62,454 nt of DNA from Candidatus Woesearchaeota archaeon (lineage in GTDB: Archaea > Nanobdellota > Nanobdellia > SCGC-AAA011-G17 > PNOQ01). Below are positions 17,365-26,569 of the stretch, piece after piece; positions within the stretch are counted from its first letter, which is position 1; every line of letters starts with the position of its first letter. The notes below the pieces were generated by a model. The model was not told the origin of the DNA and did no database searches. It saw only the letters and a list, made by a program, of their open reading frames with translations. The translations under genes were made by a program, and so were the position numbers. Location: positions 1-62,454 of the forward strand of contig CAYUWX010000001.1 of the NCBI GenBank assembly GCA_964448715.1, in the 5' to 3' direction.

Positions 17365-17430
17365 TTTAATCAAAAATAAAAATATTTTTAATCAAAACTT
17401 TTAATCAAAACTTTTAATCAAAACTTAAAA
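17365..17430 (+). repeat. Tandem 13-bp repeat TTTAATCAAAACT (three exact copies plus degenerate copies)
   Basis: Exact copies at 17387-17399, 17400-17412 and 17413-17425. A degenerate copy lies at 17365-17377, and a partial copy lies inside the recombinase 3' end at 17330-17340. Confidence 0.9.
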
Positions 17431-17475
17431 TAAAATTAACAAAAAATTTATAAACAAATTTTAATAAAAATAAAT

Positions 17476-18063
17476 ATGATTCAATTATCGCCCCAAGGAG
17501 CATATAATATTATAGAACCCTTACTATTGTTTATAACAGGATTAGCAGTTTATTCGATTTTAGTATTCAATTTATATAAATTTGTAGCAAGGAGAGATAT
17601 TTTTGATTTAAATTTAAGACAATATAATAGATTACAACATAATTTTTTATATAAAACATATGCAGTTTTTTTATATTTTTTAGAATATTTATTATTTTTT
17701 CCATTATTTTTAACAGTTTGGTTCATTGCATTTTCTATAATGATAATATCATTGACAAAACAAACAGATGTTGCAATAGTATTATTGATATCTATGGCAA
17801 TTGTATCTACAATAAGAGTATTATCTTACTACAAACAAACTTTGTCTAAAGAAGTTGCAAAACTTTTGCCTTTTGCATTATTGGCTGTTTTTTTAATGGA
17901 CATTTCTTTTTTCTCATGGAAAAAATCATGGAATTTATTAGTTCAAATTCCTACCCTAATAGACATTTTAATTTATTATTTTGTATTTGTAGTAGCTTTA
18001 GAATTCATTTTAAGAATATTTTATTCAATTTTTAAGGCACTATCTTCTAGAGACGAAAAATAA
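17476..18063 (+). CDS. Hypothetical polytopic membrane protein
   Basis: 195 aa with about 5 hydrophobic helices. Confidence 0.5.
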   Translation: MIQLSPQGAYNIIEPLLLFITGLAVYSILVFNLYKFVARRDIFDLNLRQYNRLQHNFLYKTYAVFLYFLEYLLFFPLFLTVWFIAFSIMIISLTKQTDVAIVLLISMAIVSTIRVLSYYKQTLSKEVAKLLPFALLAVFLMDISFFSWKKSWNLLVQIPTLIDILIYYFVFVVALEFILRIFYSIFKALSSRDEK

Positions 18064-18138
18064 TCAATTTCTCGACGGAAAAAGATAAGATTTATATACT
18101 ATTATTTTCAAAAATTAAGTATTATTTTTAAAAAGGAG

Positions 18139-18324
18139 GTGAATAATTTGGGAAAAATTATTGTTAAAAATGTTGTGGAAAGAAAATCTGGTTATCTTTA
18201 CTATGTAGATGGAAAAGGAAATGTTTGTGAAGCAAAGATGGCAAGAGGTGGCAAAAAGAAGAAAAAAGCCGCTAAGAAAAAACCTGTAGCAAAAAAGAAA
18301 GTAGCTAAGAAAAAGAAAAAATAA
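18139..18324 (+). CDS. Small basic protein with a poly-lysine tail
   Basis: Sequence ...KSGYLYYVDGKGNVCEAKMARGGKKKKKAAKKKPVAKKKVAKKKKK. The Shine-Dalgarno AGGAGGTG overlaps the GTG at 18139, so the TTG at 18148 is the more likely start. Confidence 0.5.
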   Translation: MNNLGKIIVKNVVERKSGYLYYVDGKGNVCEAKMARGGKKKKKAAKKKPVAKKKVAKKKKK

Positions 18325-18344
18325 ATTTATTTTTAATTATTTTT

Positions 18345-18755
18345 TTATTTTTCTTTAAAAAAACTTGTTAACTCTTTATTTGATTTCTTTTGAATTTTTT
18401 GAACCTTTCTATATCCTACTAATTCTAATTTAGATCTTTCTCCACAAGAAGGACATTTTGTAGGGGAGTCTTTATCTGTAGTATTAGACATCCATTCCCA
18501 ATTACAATTATGGCAAAGCATAGTATATCTAATCATATTATCTCCAGATAAACTAGCAGGAATACGATTTAAACCATTATAGACTAACAAAATTTTTAAG
18601 AGTAATAATACTAGTGCAGAATAAATCATAGCTAAAATGTATTTATTTTGAATAGTATCTAATAATGCTAATGCAATAAATATAATAATAAAACTAGTAA
18701 CAAAAATACTTATTCCTGGAACAATTCTTACTTTTGCTAAATTATCAAATGACAT
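18345..18755 (-). CDS. Membrane protein with a C-terminal zinc ribbon
   Basis: 136 aa with two transmembrane helices followed by CHNCNWEW...CPSCGE. Confidence 0.5.
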   Translation of the reverse strand: MSFDNLAKVRIVPGISIFVTSFIIIFIALALLDTIQNKYILAMIYSALVLLLLKILLVYNGLNRIPASLSGDNMIRYTMLCHNCNWEWMSNTTDKDSPTKCPSCGERSKLELVGYRKVQKIQKKSNKELTSFFKEK

Positions 18756-18785
18756 AAAAAAGAAAATCAGGAGTAATTTATAAAA

Positions 18786-19493
18786 TTAACCCATATAACT
18801 AACTTCTTTTTCAGTTTTATGTTCTTTTATTTTTTTAGTACTTTCTAAAATAGTTTTTAATTTATTTTCAAATTCTTCAGCTTTTTTGATTAATGGTTTA
18901 TAATCTACTTTTAATCCAAGATATTTATCAAGAACTTTTATTGTTTTAGCAGCAGCTCTACTATCTGGAAATCCTGAAGCAGTTTCAACAAATATGCAAG
19001 ATATAGGATATTTTTTCAATTTTAATATGAGGCTTGCAGTTGGACCAATTACAATTCCTTCTTTTATTGGATCAATATCCATTTTATTCCATTTAGTTTT
19101 ATTTTTATTACTGTAATAATAAGTCTCACTTTTTTTATTTTTTCCGCCAACACCCTCTATGCAAATTAATTCTTTGGCATTTAGTTTTTTAGTTATTTCT
19201 TTTACAGCTAATGCTATTTTCCATTCCATCCCTGCAACATTTGTAATTGCATGAAGAAGTACTAAGTTATATTTTTTAGAATAAAATATTCCGAATGGGT
19301 CAACAATTTTACTATCATGAATTGCAATAATAGGATTCATTTCAGAAAACCAAACTGATCCAATAGGTTCTGCAACTAAATGTTCAATTAAATATTCACT
19401 AGTAATAGTTCCAACAAGTCCAAATCCAGGAAAACCACAAACTATTTTCACATTTTGTGGTTTTTTATTAAATTCTATTTTCATATATAACAT
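18786..19493 (-). CDS. PAC2-family (proteasome assembly chaperone-like) protein
   Basis: GFPGFGLVGTITSEYLIEHL near the N-terminus is typical of the PAC2/PbaA-PbaB family. The C-terminus ends ...EVSYMG. An alternative start is Met4 (19484). Confidence 0.65.
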   Translation of the reverse strand: MLYMKIEFNKKPQNVKIVCGFPGFGLVGTITSEYLIEHLVAEPIGSVWFSEMNPIIAIHDSKIVDPFGIFYSKKYNLVLLHAITNVAGMEWKIALAVKEITKKLNAKELICIEGVGGKNKKSETYYYSNKNKTKWNKMDIDPIKEGIVIGPTASLILKLKKYPISCIFVETASGFPDSRAAAKTIKVLDKYLGLKVDYKPLIKKAEEFENKLKTILESTKKIKEHKTEKEVSYMG

Positions 19494-19571
19494 TTTTATA
19501 AAGATTATTTATATAAGTTTCTATAATCAAAAACAAAATATATATAAAGAAAAAATTCTAAAAAATAACTA

Positions 19572-20324
19572 ATGGTTGATTTTAAATTAGTGAATTATAT
19601 TAAAGAAAATAAAAAAAAAGGATATAATAAAAAAGAATTAGAACAAATTCTTAAAAAAAATAAATGGTCTCCTTCCGAAATTTCTGAAGCATTTAAATTT
19701 ATAGAAACTCAAACAAAACAAATTTCTAAACCTAGAGAAATACAAAATAAAGATAAAATTCTTGTAACTTTTATTAAAACTTCTTTAGATAAAGGAATAT
19801 CTGAAGATCAAATAAAACAAGCACTTATGGCAAAACATTGGCCAATAGAAAAAATAAATGATTCTTTTAATATTGTAAAACAACAAAAAATAAAGAAAAA
19901 AATAAAGAAAAAAAATAAAGTTGAAATAAAAACAGAAACTAAACAAGAAAAATTTAATTTTAAAAAAATAGGATTATATTTTATATGGCTTGTAATAATT
20001 TCAATAATTTTATCATTAAGTGTAACAATGTTTTTTTATATTCAATCTATGGTTTCTTATGAAGCAGTAAATCCTAATACTGGATTAATTCAGAAAGGAA
20101 TTTGTTTAAATGAGGATTGTTCCGATATGAAGAACTATATATATGATCAAATAAATCCTCAAATATGGTTAATACTAACAATTGCATTATCTCTTACTTC
20201 ATTAATTTTAATTTCCCATGTATTAATACCTAAAAAAGAATTAGTTATATGGTCATCCAATATAATTTTCTTTTTATATTTAATATATTTATTTTATTTA
20301 TGGTTTATTGGAACAAAGATATAA
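19572..20324 (+). CDS. Hypothetical membrane protein with two N-terminal helical repeats
   Basis: 250 aa with a repeated motif (KKGYNKKELEQILKKNKWSPSEISEAFKFI / DKGISEDQIKQALMAKHWPIEKINDSFNIV) followed by transmembrane helices. Confidence 0.5.
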   Translation: MVDFKLVNYIKENKKKGYNKKELEQILKKNKWSPSEISEAFKFIETQTKQISKPREIQNKDKILVTFIKTSLDKGISEDQIKQALMAKHWPIEKINDSFNIVKQQKIKKKIKKKNKVEIKTETKQEKFNFKKIGLYFIWLVIISIILSLSVTMFFYIQSMVSYEAVNPNTGLIQKGICLNEDCSDMKNYIYDQINPQIWLILTIALSLTSLILISHVLIPKKELVIWSSNIIFFLYLIYLFYLWFIGTKI

Positions 20325-20365
20325 TAACAACATTTTTAAATTAAATTTTAGTTCTTTTTAATATT

Positions 20366-20440
20366 GGGTCCGTAGCTCAGTTTGGTGGTAGCACTTGGCT
20401 CTTAACCAAGGGGTCGTGGGTTCAAATCCCATCGGGCCCA
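20366..20440 (+). tRNA. tRNA-Lys (anticodon CUU)
   Basis: Folded by hand: acceptor GGGTCCG/CGGGCCC, anticodon stem CTTGG/CCAAG, loop CTCTTAA, T-arm GTGGG-TTCAAAT-CCCAT, discriminator A. No encoded CCA and no intron. Confidence 0.9.
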
Positions 20441-20733
20441 AATTTCTCATCAAATTTTTCTTTTGCCATTTCTTCTTTTTTATACACAGTATGGCTAGCT
20501 CTTTTTTCAAATAAAGAAATAGCAATTCTCACAACATCACTTTGATAATCATTCATATTATTATCAGAAATAATTTTTCTAGCATCTTCAATACACTCCC
20601 TCATAAGGAAAATAACTTCTTTTTTAGAATTTAATTCAACTTTTTTTTCTTCATCAGCATTTAAATAAATTTCTTCCCAAATAGGATAACTACTTTTTTC
20701 AGTAGTTCTTGGAAAAGTTTTAGAAAAAACCAT
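20422..20733 (-). CDS. Hypothetical protein
   Basis: 103 aa. Its last 19 nt, including the stop, overlap the 3' end of tRNA-Lys on the opposite strand. It forms an overlapping pair with the upstream wHTH gene. Confidence 0.4.
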   Translation of the reverse strand: MVFSKTFPRTTEKSSYPIWEEIYLNADEEKKVELNSKKEVIFLMRECIEDARKIISDNNMNDYQSDVVRIAISLFEKRASHTVYKKEEMAKEKFDEKFGPDGI

Positions 20734-21002
20734 TATAATAAATTTCTTATTCTATCTATATGGTCAGCCACTTGTTCACCAGATTCTGTTAATTGAATAG
20801 TTTTAATTCTACCTTTTTTTTCAAATTGAACTAATTTATTTTTTTCCATTTCCTGTAGAATCTTTACAGCATGAGAATATGTGCAATCAACTTCTTTAGC
20901 TAAAACAGAACCATATCTATTTTTAGAATTATTTCTTAAAGCAACCAATATCATGGCTGGTTTTTTTCTAAAAAAAACTTCGAATATATCTTTTTTTATC
21001 AA
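20733..21002 (-). CDS. Small winged-helix transcriptional regulator (ArsR/MarR-like)
   Basis: 89 aa. RYGSVLAKEVDCTYSHAVKILQEMEKNKLVQFEKKGRIKTIQLTESG is a typical wHTH. Confidence 0.6.
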   Translation of the reverse strand: MIKKDIFEVFFRKKPAMILVALRNNSKNRYGSVLAKEVDCTYSHAVKILQEMEKNKLVQFEKKGRIKTIQLTESGEQVADHIDRIRNLL

Positions 21003-21134
21003 TATTAATCCCTCGAATTGTATAACATATTATCTATATTTAAATGTTTATATTTTGTAGCATCTATTTAAATTATATGTTCAAAATAAGGGAGTAACAA
21101 AACATTTATATAACTATTTTTTTTATTTTTAATT

Positions 21135-22421
21135 ATGTTATATGCTAACTTTATAAAAAAGAATAAAGAAAAGTTAACAGACTCTTTAAAAAAAAGAGGA
21201 CAAGAAGATAAAATAGAGTGGTTGAATATAATTCTAGAAAGAGAAGATAAATGGAGACTCTTAAAACAAAAATCAGAAAAATTAAGACATAAAAGAAATG
21301 AATTAACAGAAAAAATTAGAGTACTTAAAACACAAAACAAATCATTTGAATCAATTTTAAAACAAGCTAAAGAAGTTCCAAAAAATATTGCAATTATCGA
21401 AGGTGAAATGAAAGAATTAAAAGAACAAATAGATTCATATCTTCAAAGGATTCCAAATATTTTATATGACAATGTCCCAGTGGGTAAAGATGAAAATGAC
21501 AATATCCCATTTAGATTTTACAAAGAAAGAAAAACAAAGAATTTTGAAATATTAAATCATGGAAAGTTATTAGAAAAAACAGATTTGGCAGATTTTGAAG
21601 TTGGCAGAAAAACATCTGGTCAAGGATTTAATTATCTTAAGGGAGAAATGGCACAATTAGATTTAGCCCTGCAAAGATATGGTATTGATTTTTTAATAAA
21701 AAAAGGATTCCAAGTAATAGTGCCCCCAATTATGTTAAACAAAAAAACAATAGGTGGGACTGTTCCTTTAGAAGCATTTGAAGAAGAGATATATAAAATA
21801 GAAAATGAAGATTTATATTTAATAGGAACTGCAGAAAATTCATTAGTTCCCTTATTTCAAAATAAAGTATTTGATAAGGAAAAATTACCAATTAAAGTAT
21901 GTGCAGTAACCCCCTGTTTTAGAAAAGAAATTGGATCTAGAGGTGTAGACACCAAAGGGTTATTTAGAATGCATCAATTCAATAAAGTTGAACAAGTTAT
22001 GGTATCTAATCATGAAAATTCATATGAATTATTAGAAGAAATGGAATCTATTTCAGAAGAATTTTTTAAAAAATTAGGAATCCCGTTTAGAGTTATAGAA
22101 ATTTGTTCAGGAGATATTGGTCCTAAACAAACTAAACAATATGACATGGAAGCATGGTTTCCAAGACAGCAAAAATATCAAGAAATAACTTCTGCAAGTA
22201 ATACGGAAGAATATCAATCATCATCATTAAATATTAAATATCAAGATGGAGAAGAAAAAAAATATTGCCATATGTTAAATAATACTATGGTGGCTACATC
22301 TAGAGCAATGGTAGCAATCTTAGAGAATTTCCAAAATAAAGATGGATCAATTTCTATTCCCAAGCCATTAAGAAAATATATGAATGGAAAAAGGAAAATT
22401 GGAGGTATAAAAAATGAATGA
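21135..22421 (+). CDS. serS: Seryl-tRNA synthetase
   Basis: 428 aa with an N-terminal coiled-coil arm and class II motifs (FRKEIGSRGVDTKGLFRMHQFNKVEQ, NNTMVATSRAMVAILEN). Confidence 0.9.
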   Translation: MLYANFIKKNKEKLTDSLKKRGQEDKIEWLNIILEREDKWRLLKQKSEKLRHKRNELTEKIRVLKTQNKSFESILKQAKEVPKNIAIIEGEMKELKEQIDSYLQRIPNILYDNVPVGKDENDNIPFRFYKERKTKNFEILNHGKLLEKTDLADFEVGRKTSGQGFNYLKGEMAQLDLALQRYGIDFLIKKGFQVIVPPIMLNKKTIGGTVPLEAFEEEIYKIENEDLYLIGTAENSLVPLFQNKVFDKEKLPIKVCAVTPCFRKEIGSRGVDTKGLFRMHQFNKVEQVMVSNHENSYELLEEMESISEEFFKKLGIPFRVIEICSGDIGPKQTKQYDMEAWFPRQQKYQEITSASNTEEYQSSSLNIKYQDGEEKKYCHMLNNTMVATSRAMVAILENFQNKDGSISIPKPLRKYMNGKRKIGGIKNE

Positions 22422-22665
22422 AAAAGAAGAATTCAATTTATATAATGAAGAAAATGCAGAAAAATTAACTGAATCAGACGAAATACAACCTGAAGAAGAA
22501 GGATTTATGCAAGGTTATAATGATGAATATAATCCCTCTGAATGTGCTAATTGTGGAAAGGTTTTAGAAAAAGATTTTATAGAAGAACAAATTAAAGAAG
22601 AAAAATATAAATTCTGCTCTGAAGAATGTGCTTCTAAATTCGAAAAAAAAAAAGAACATCTTTAA
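22414..22665 (+). CDS. Small acidic TRASH-type zinc-finger protein
   Basis: CANC-x20-CSEEC fits the TRASH pattern C-x2-C-x19-22-C-x3-C exactly. Confidence 0.5.
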   Translation: MNEKEEFNLYNEENAEKLTESDEIQPEEEGFMQGYNDEYNPSECANCGKVLEKDFIEEQIKEEKYKFCSEECASKFEKKKEHL

Positions 22666-22720
22666 TTTTTTATTTTTTTTCAAAACATTTATATAAATTT
22701 ATTTTTAGACATAATTCTAG

Positions 22721-24793
22721 ATGGTAGAATTAATCATAACTGAAAAACCTCAGGCTGCATTAAAAATAGCGACGGCAATTTCAGATAAAACACCTATAAA
22801 ACATTCTAAAGGAAAGGCAGTATATTATGAAATAGTCCATAAAAACAAAAAAATTTATGTAGGTTGCGCAGTAGGTCACTTATTTGGATTAACTGAAGAA
22901 GTAAAATCTAGGTGGGCAGATTATCCAACTTTTGATATAACTTGGAAACCTAAATATGAAATTGAAAAAGGTTCAGATTATATTAAAGCATATTTATCGA
23001 CGCTAAAATATTTAGGGAAAAAGGCAGATTTGATAACTGTTGCAACAGATTATGATATTGAGGGTGCAGTAATAGGATATACTACACTAAAATATGGTTT
23101 GGGAAAAGATAATGCAAGGCGTATGAAATTTTCAACACTTACAAAAGATGAATTAATTAAATCATATGATAGTGCCCAAAAAAGTTTAGACCTTGGAATG
23201 GTTAATGCAGGAATTGCTAGGCATCATTTAGATTGGTTTTATGGAATAAATTTAACCAAAGCATTAAGTATGTCATTAAAAACTTCTAGTGGTTATTTCC
23301 AAGTTTTATCGACGGGAAGAGTACAAGGCCCAACACTTAAAATAATAGTAAAAAGAGAAGAAGAGATACAAAAATTTGTTCCAGAAAAATATTGGGAAGT
23401 ATATTTAGATGGATTATATAAAAAAAATAAGATTTTAGCTAAACATAATGGAAATAAATTTTCTGATAATAAGAAAGTTAAAAAAATTTTAAAGAAAACT
23501 AAGGGAAAACTTGCAATTATTGATGAAATAAATAAAAAAACATCTAATCAGGCACCCCCCTTTCCATTTGATCTCACTTCTTTACAAACAGAATTTTTTA
23601 GGCACTATAAGGTATCACCTAAAGATACATCTAATTTAGCTCAAGAACTATATATTTCAGGTTTAATCTCATATCCAAGAACTAGTTCCCAAAAATTACC
23701 TGATTCAATAGGATATGAAAAAATACTTAAAAAATTAAAAAAACAAAAAGAATATTCTTCGAATTGTGAGAGTTTACTTAAGAAAAAATTAAAACCTAAT
23801 GAGGGGAAAAAGAAAGATCCTGCCCATCCTGCAATTTACCCTACAGGGGAACCTGCAAATTTATCAGGAAGGCAAGCAAAACTTTATGATTTAATAGTTA
23901 GAAGATTTTTAGCAGTTTTTGGTGAACCTGCAAAGAAGCAAACCCTTTCTATTTCAATAGATGTCAATAAAGAAATATTCAAATTAACAGGAACAACAAC
24001 AATTGATCCAGGATGGCACATTCTTTACGGAAAATATGCAAAATTTAAGGAAGAAGAATTACCTGAAATGAATAAAGGGGAAGAAATCAAAGTAAAAAAA
24101 ATATTAGATGAAGAAAAAGAAACACAACCGCCTAATAGATATAGCCAGGCTTCAATAATTAAAGAATTAGAAAAAAAGAATTTAGGAACTAAATCTACAA
24201 GAGCATTAATTTTAGACACATTATATGAAAGAAATTATATTCAAAATCAACCAATAGAGGCAACAGAATTAGGAATAAAATTAATTAAAACTTTAAAAAA
24301 ATATTCTCCAGAAATTATAGACTTTAAATTAACTAAAGAAATAGAGGAAGATATGGAAAAAATTAGGCATAATAAATTAAAAAAAGAAACAGTAATAAAA
24401 AATGTTAAAAAGATTTTAAAAGAGATTTTAACAAAGTTTAAAAAAAATGAATCAAAAATTGGTAAAAATTTGGCAGAAGCAGCAAAAGAGACAAAACAAA
24501 AATCTAGTGAAGTAGGAACCTGTATGATTTGCAAAAAAGGGAAATTAAGAGTTATTCATTCTAAAAAAACAAGAAAAAGATTTGTAGCGTGCGATGCATA
24601 TCCTAAGTGTAAAACAACATATGGGCTACCTCAACAAGGGTTAGTAAAACATGTAGAGAAAGTATGTAAACATGATGAATTTCCTCAAGTTATGATAATA
24701 AGAAAAGGAAAAAGACCTTGGATATTATGTTTAAATCCCGATTGTCCAGGAAGGGAAGAGTGGGAAAAGAAATCAAAAAAGAATAAATCCTGA
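22721..24793 (+). CDS. topA: Type IA DNA topoisomerase
   Basis: Toprim motifs (IITEKP, DYDIEG), active-site Tyr context (GLISYPRTSS), and C-terminal Cys4 zinc fingers (CMICKKG...CDAYPKC). Confidence 0.85.
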   Translation: MVELIITEKPQAALKIATAISDKTPIKHSKGKAVYYEIVHKNKKIYVGCAVGHLFGLTEEVKSRWADYPTFDITWKPKYEIEKGSDYIKAYLSTLKYLGKKADLITVATDYDIEGAVIGYTTLKYGLGKDNARRMKFSTLTKDELIKSYDSAQKSLDLGMVNAGIARHHLDWFYGINLTKALSMSLKTSSGYFQVLSTGRVQGPTLKIIVKREEEIQKFVPEKYWEVYLDGLYKKNKILAKHNGNKFSDNKKVKKILKKTKGKLAIIDEINKKTSNQAPPFPFDLTSLQTEFFRHYKVSPKDTSNLAQELYISGLISYPRTSSQKLPDSIGYEKILKKLKKQKEYSSNCESLLKKKLKPNEGKKKDPAHPAIYPTGEPANLSGRQAKLYDLIVRRFLAVFGEPAKKQTLSISIDVNKEIFKLTGTTTIDPGWHILYGKYAKFKEEELPEMNKGEEIKVKKILDEEKETQPPNRYSQASIIKELEKKNLGTKSTRALILDTLYERNYIQNQPIEATELGIKLIKTLKKYSPEIIDFKLTKEIEEDMEKIRHNKLKKETVIKNVKKILKEILTKFKKNESKIGKNLAEAAKETKQKSSEVGTCMICKKGKLRVIHSKKTRKRFVACDAYPKCKTTYGLPQQGLVKHVEKVCKHDEFPQVMIIRKGKRPWILCLNPDCPGREEWEKKSKKNKS

Positions 24794-25393
24794 ATTGCAT
24801 ATGTTAAATTTAATTTCACTAATTTCAGGTTTTTGAATTTGAATTTTTCTTGGATCTAATTTAAGTTCAATAATAGAATTAGCAAAATTTCTAATCATTT
24901 GGCCACCAACAGTTTTTATTTGATCATCCTTATCAGAATAAACTTGATTAGTAATTAAAACAGGAACTCCTAAATCTACAACATGTTTTAAACCCTTTAA
25001 TATTTCAATAGTTTTTTTATTAACTTCTTTATATCCTAGGTTAGGTAAGGCATGTCTATAAAATATTCCAAAACTATCTATTACTACATAATTAAAATTT
25101 CCTATTTTTACTAATTTTTCAATATCTTTTAATTTTTTTATTTGATCTTCAAAACTAATAACATTCATAACAATAATATTTTCTAATAATTTTTCATAAT
25201 TAGGATTCATCAATTTAATACGATCTATGGAAAAACTTTTTTCAGTATCAAAAAATAAAACTTTACTTTTTTTTGAAATTTCTAATGAAGTTTGCATAGC
25301 TAATGTGCTTTTACCGCTAGCTGACGGGCCATAAACTAGTGTTAAACCATTGATATTTTTTAAAAAATTATCAAGTTCATTATTCAAAATCAT
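24773..25393 (-). CDS. radB: RadA paralogue, RadB-like
   Basis: 206 aa with Walker [10 protein letters not shown], Walker B-like VVIDS and no N-terminal HhH domain. Its convergent 3' overlap with topA is 21 nt. Confidence 0.6.
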   Translation of the reverse strand: MILNNELDNFLKNINGLTLVYGPSASGKSTLAMQTSLEISKKSKVLFFDTEKSFSIDRIKLMNPNYEKLLENIIVMNVISFEDQIKKLKDIEKLVKIGNFNYVVIDSFGIFYRHALPNLGYKEVNKKTIEILKGLKHVVDLGVPVLITNQVYSDKDDQIKTVGGQMIRNFANSIIELKLDPRKIQIQKPEISEIKFNICNSGFILF

Positions 25394-25441
25394 ATATTTA
25401 ATGATATATATTCTTTTAAATATTTTACCAATATAACACCT

Positions 25442-26569
25442 ATGAAAAAATTATTCACTTCAGAATCTGTGACAGAAGGACACCCTGATAAAATATGTGA
25501 TCAAATATCAGATACTATTCTAGATGAATGTTTGAAACAAGATTCTGAATCAAGAGTTGCAGTAGAATGTTTAGTAAAAAATAACAATGTGGTCATTGCA
25601 GGAGAAATAACAACAAAAGCACAATTAGATGTAGAATACATAGCTAGATCAGTTTTAAGAGAAATTGGATATACTCAATTAGAATATGGGATAGATGCAG
25701 AATCTTGCAATATTCAAACAATTATAGAAAAACAAAGTCCGGATATCTCACAAGGAGTTACAGAAGGAGAAGGATTACACAAAGAACAAGGTGCAGGTGA
25801 CCAAGGAATGATGTTTGGTTATGCTTGTAATGAAACAGAAGAACTAATGCCTTTACCAATACATTTATCTCACGAATTAACAAAAAAATTATCTCTAGTA
25901 AGAAAAAATAAAGAAATATCTTATCTAAGGCCAGACGGAAAAGCTCAAGTAACAATCGAGTATGAATATTCTAAACCAAAAAAAATACATACTATAATTG
26001 TTTCTTCACAACATGATGAAGGAATAGAACATGAAAAATTAAAATCAGATATTTTTGAAAAAGTAATAAATCCAATATGCGAAGATTTGATAGACGAAAA
26101 TACTAAATTCTTAATTAATCCTACTGGAAAATTTGTAATTGGTGGGCCAGAAGGAGATGCAGGAGTAACTGGAAGGAAAATAATAGTTGATACTTATGGA
26201 GGAATGGGAAAACATGGAGGAGGAGCATTCTCTGGAAAAGATCCTTCCAAAGTAGATAGAAGTGCAGCATATGCTGCAAGATACATTGCAAAAAATTTAG
26301 TTGCAAATGACATTTGTCAAAGATGTGAAGTAGGATTAAGTTATGCAATAGGAGTAGCAGAACCAGTGAGTATATTTGTAGATACTTTTGGAACTTCAGA
26401 ATTAACAGAAGAAGAAATAATTAAAATAATAAAGAAAAATTTTCCGTTAAAACCTGCAGAAATAATAAAACATTTCAATCTTAAAATACCAATATTTAAA
26501 CAAACTTCATCTTATGGACACTTTGGAAATAAGAATTTTCCTTGGGAGAAAATAATTTCACTAAAATGA
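25442..26569 (+). CDS. metK: S-adenosylmethionine synthetase, bacterial/eukaryotic type
   Basis: [51 protein letters not shown]. These are signatures of bacterial-type MetK, not the divergent archaeal MAT. Confidence 0.9.
   Translation: MKKLFTSESVTEGHPDKICDQISDTILDECLKQDSESRVAVECLVKNNNVVIAGEITTKAQLDVEYIARSVLREIGYTQLEYGIDAESCNIQTIIEKQSPDISQGVTEGEGLHKEQGAGDQGMMFGYACNETEELMPLPIHLSHELTKKLSLVRKNKEISYLRPDGKAQVTIEYEYSKPKKIHTIIVSSQHDEGIEHEKLKSDIFEKVINPICEDLIDENTKFLINPTGKFVIGGPEGDAGVTGRKIIVDTYGGMGKHGGGAFSGKDPSKVDRSAAYAARYIAKNLVANDICQRCEVGLSYAIGVAEPVSIFVDTFGTSELTEEEIIKIIKKNFPLKPAEIIKHFNLKIPIFKQTSSYGHFGNKNFPWEKIISLK

Larger units (their letters stand above)
13464..17475. mobile_element. Candidate integrated plasmid/virus-like element. 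Boundaries are not defined.
   Basis: Contains a serine recombinase, two paralogous coiled-coil/wHTH genes with embedded box arrays, four unknown small ORFs and three exact repeat families. G+C looks higher by eye than in flanking genes. No flanking att repeats were identified. Confidence 0.4.

Noticed and set aside
14380-17430. Tandem repeat arrays considered as a CRISPR array
   Set aside because: The units are contiguous with no spacers. They are 13 or 22 bp long, partly lie inside coding sequence, and no cas genes are present.
21007-21016. Possible att-like echo of the tRNA-Lys 3' end (AATCCC-TCG)
   Set aside because: Only about 9 matching bases with an indel, which is likely to occur by chance in this much sequence. 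It is mentioned only as something an aligner could test.
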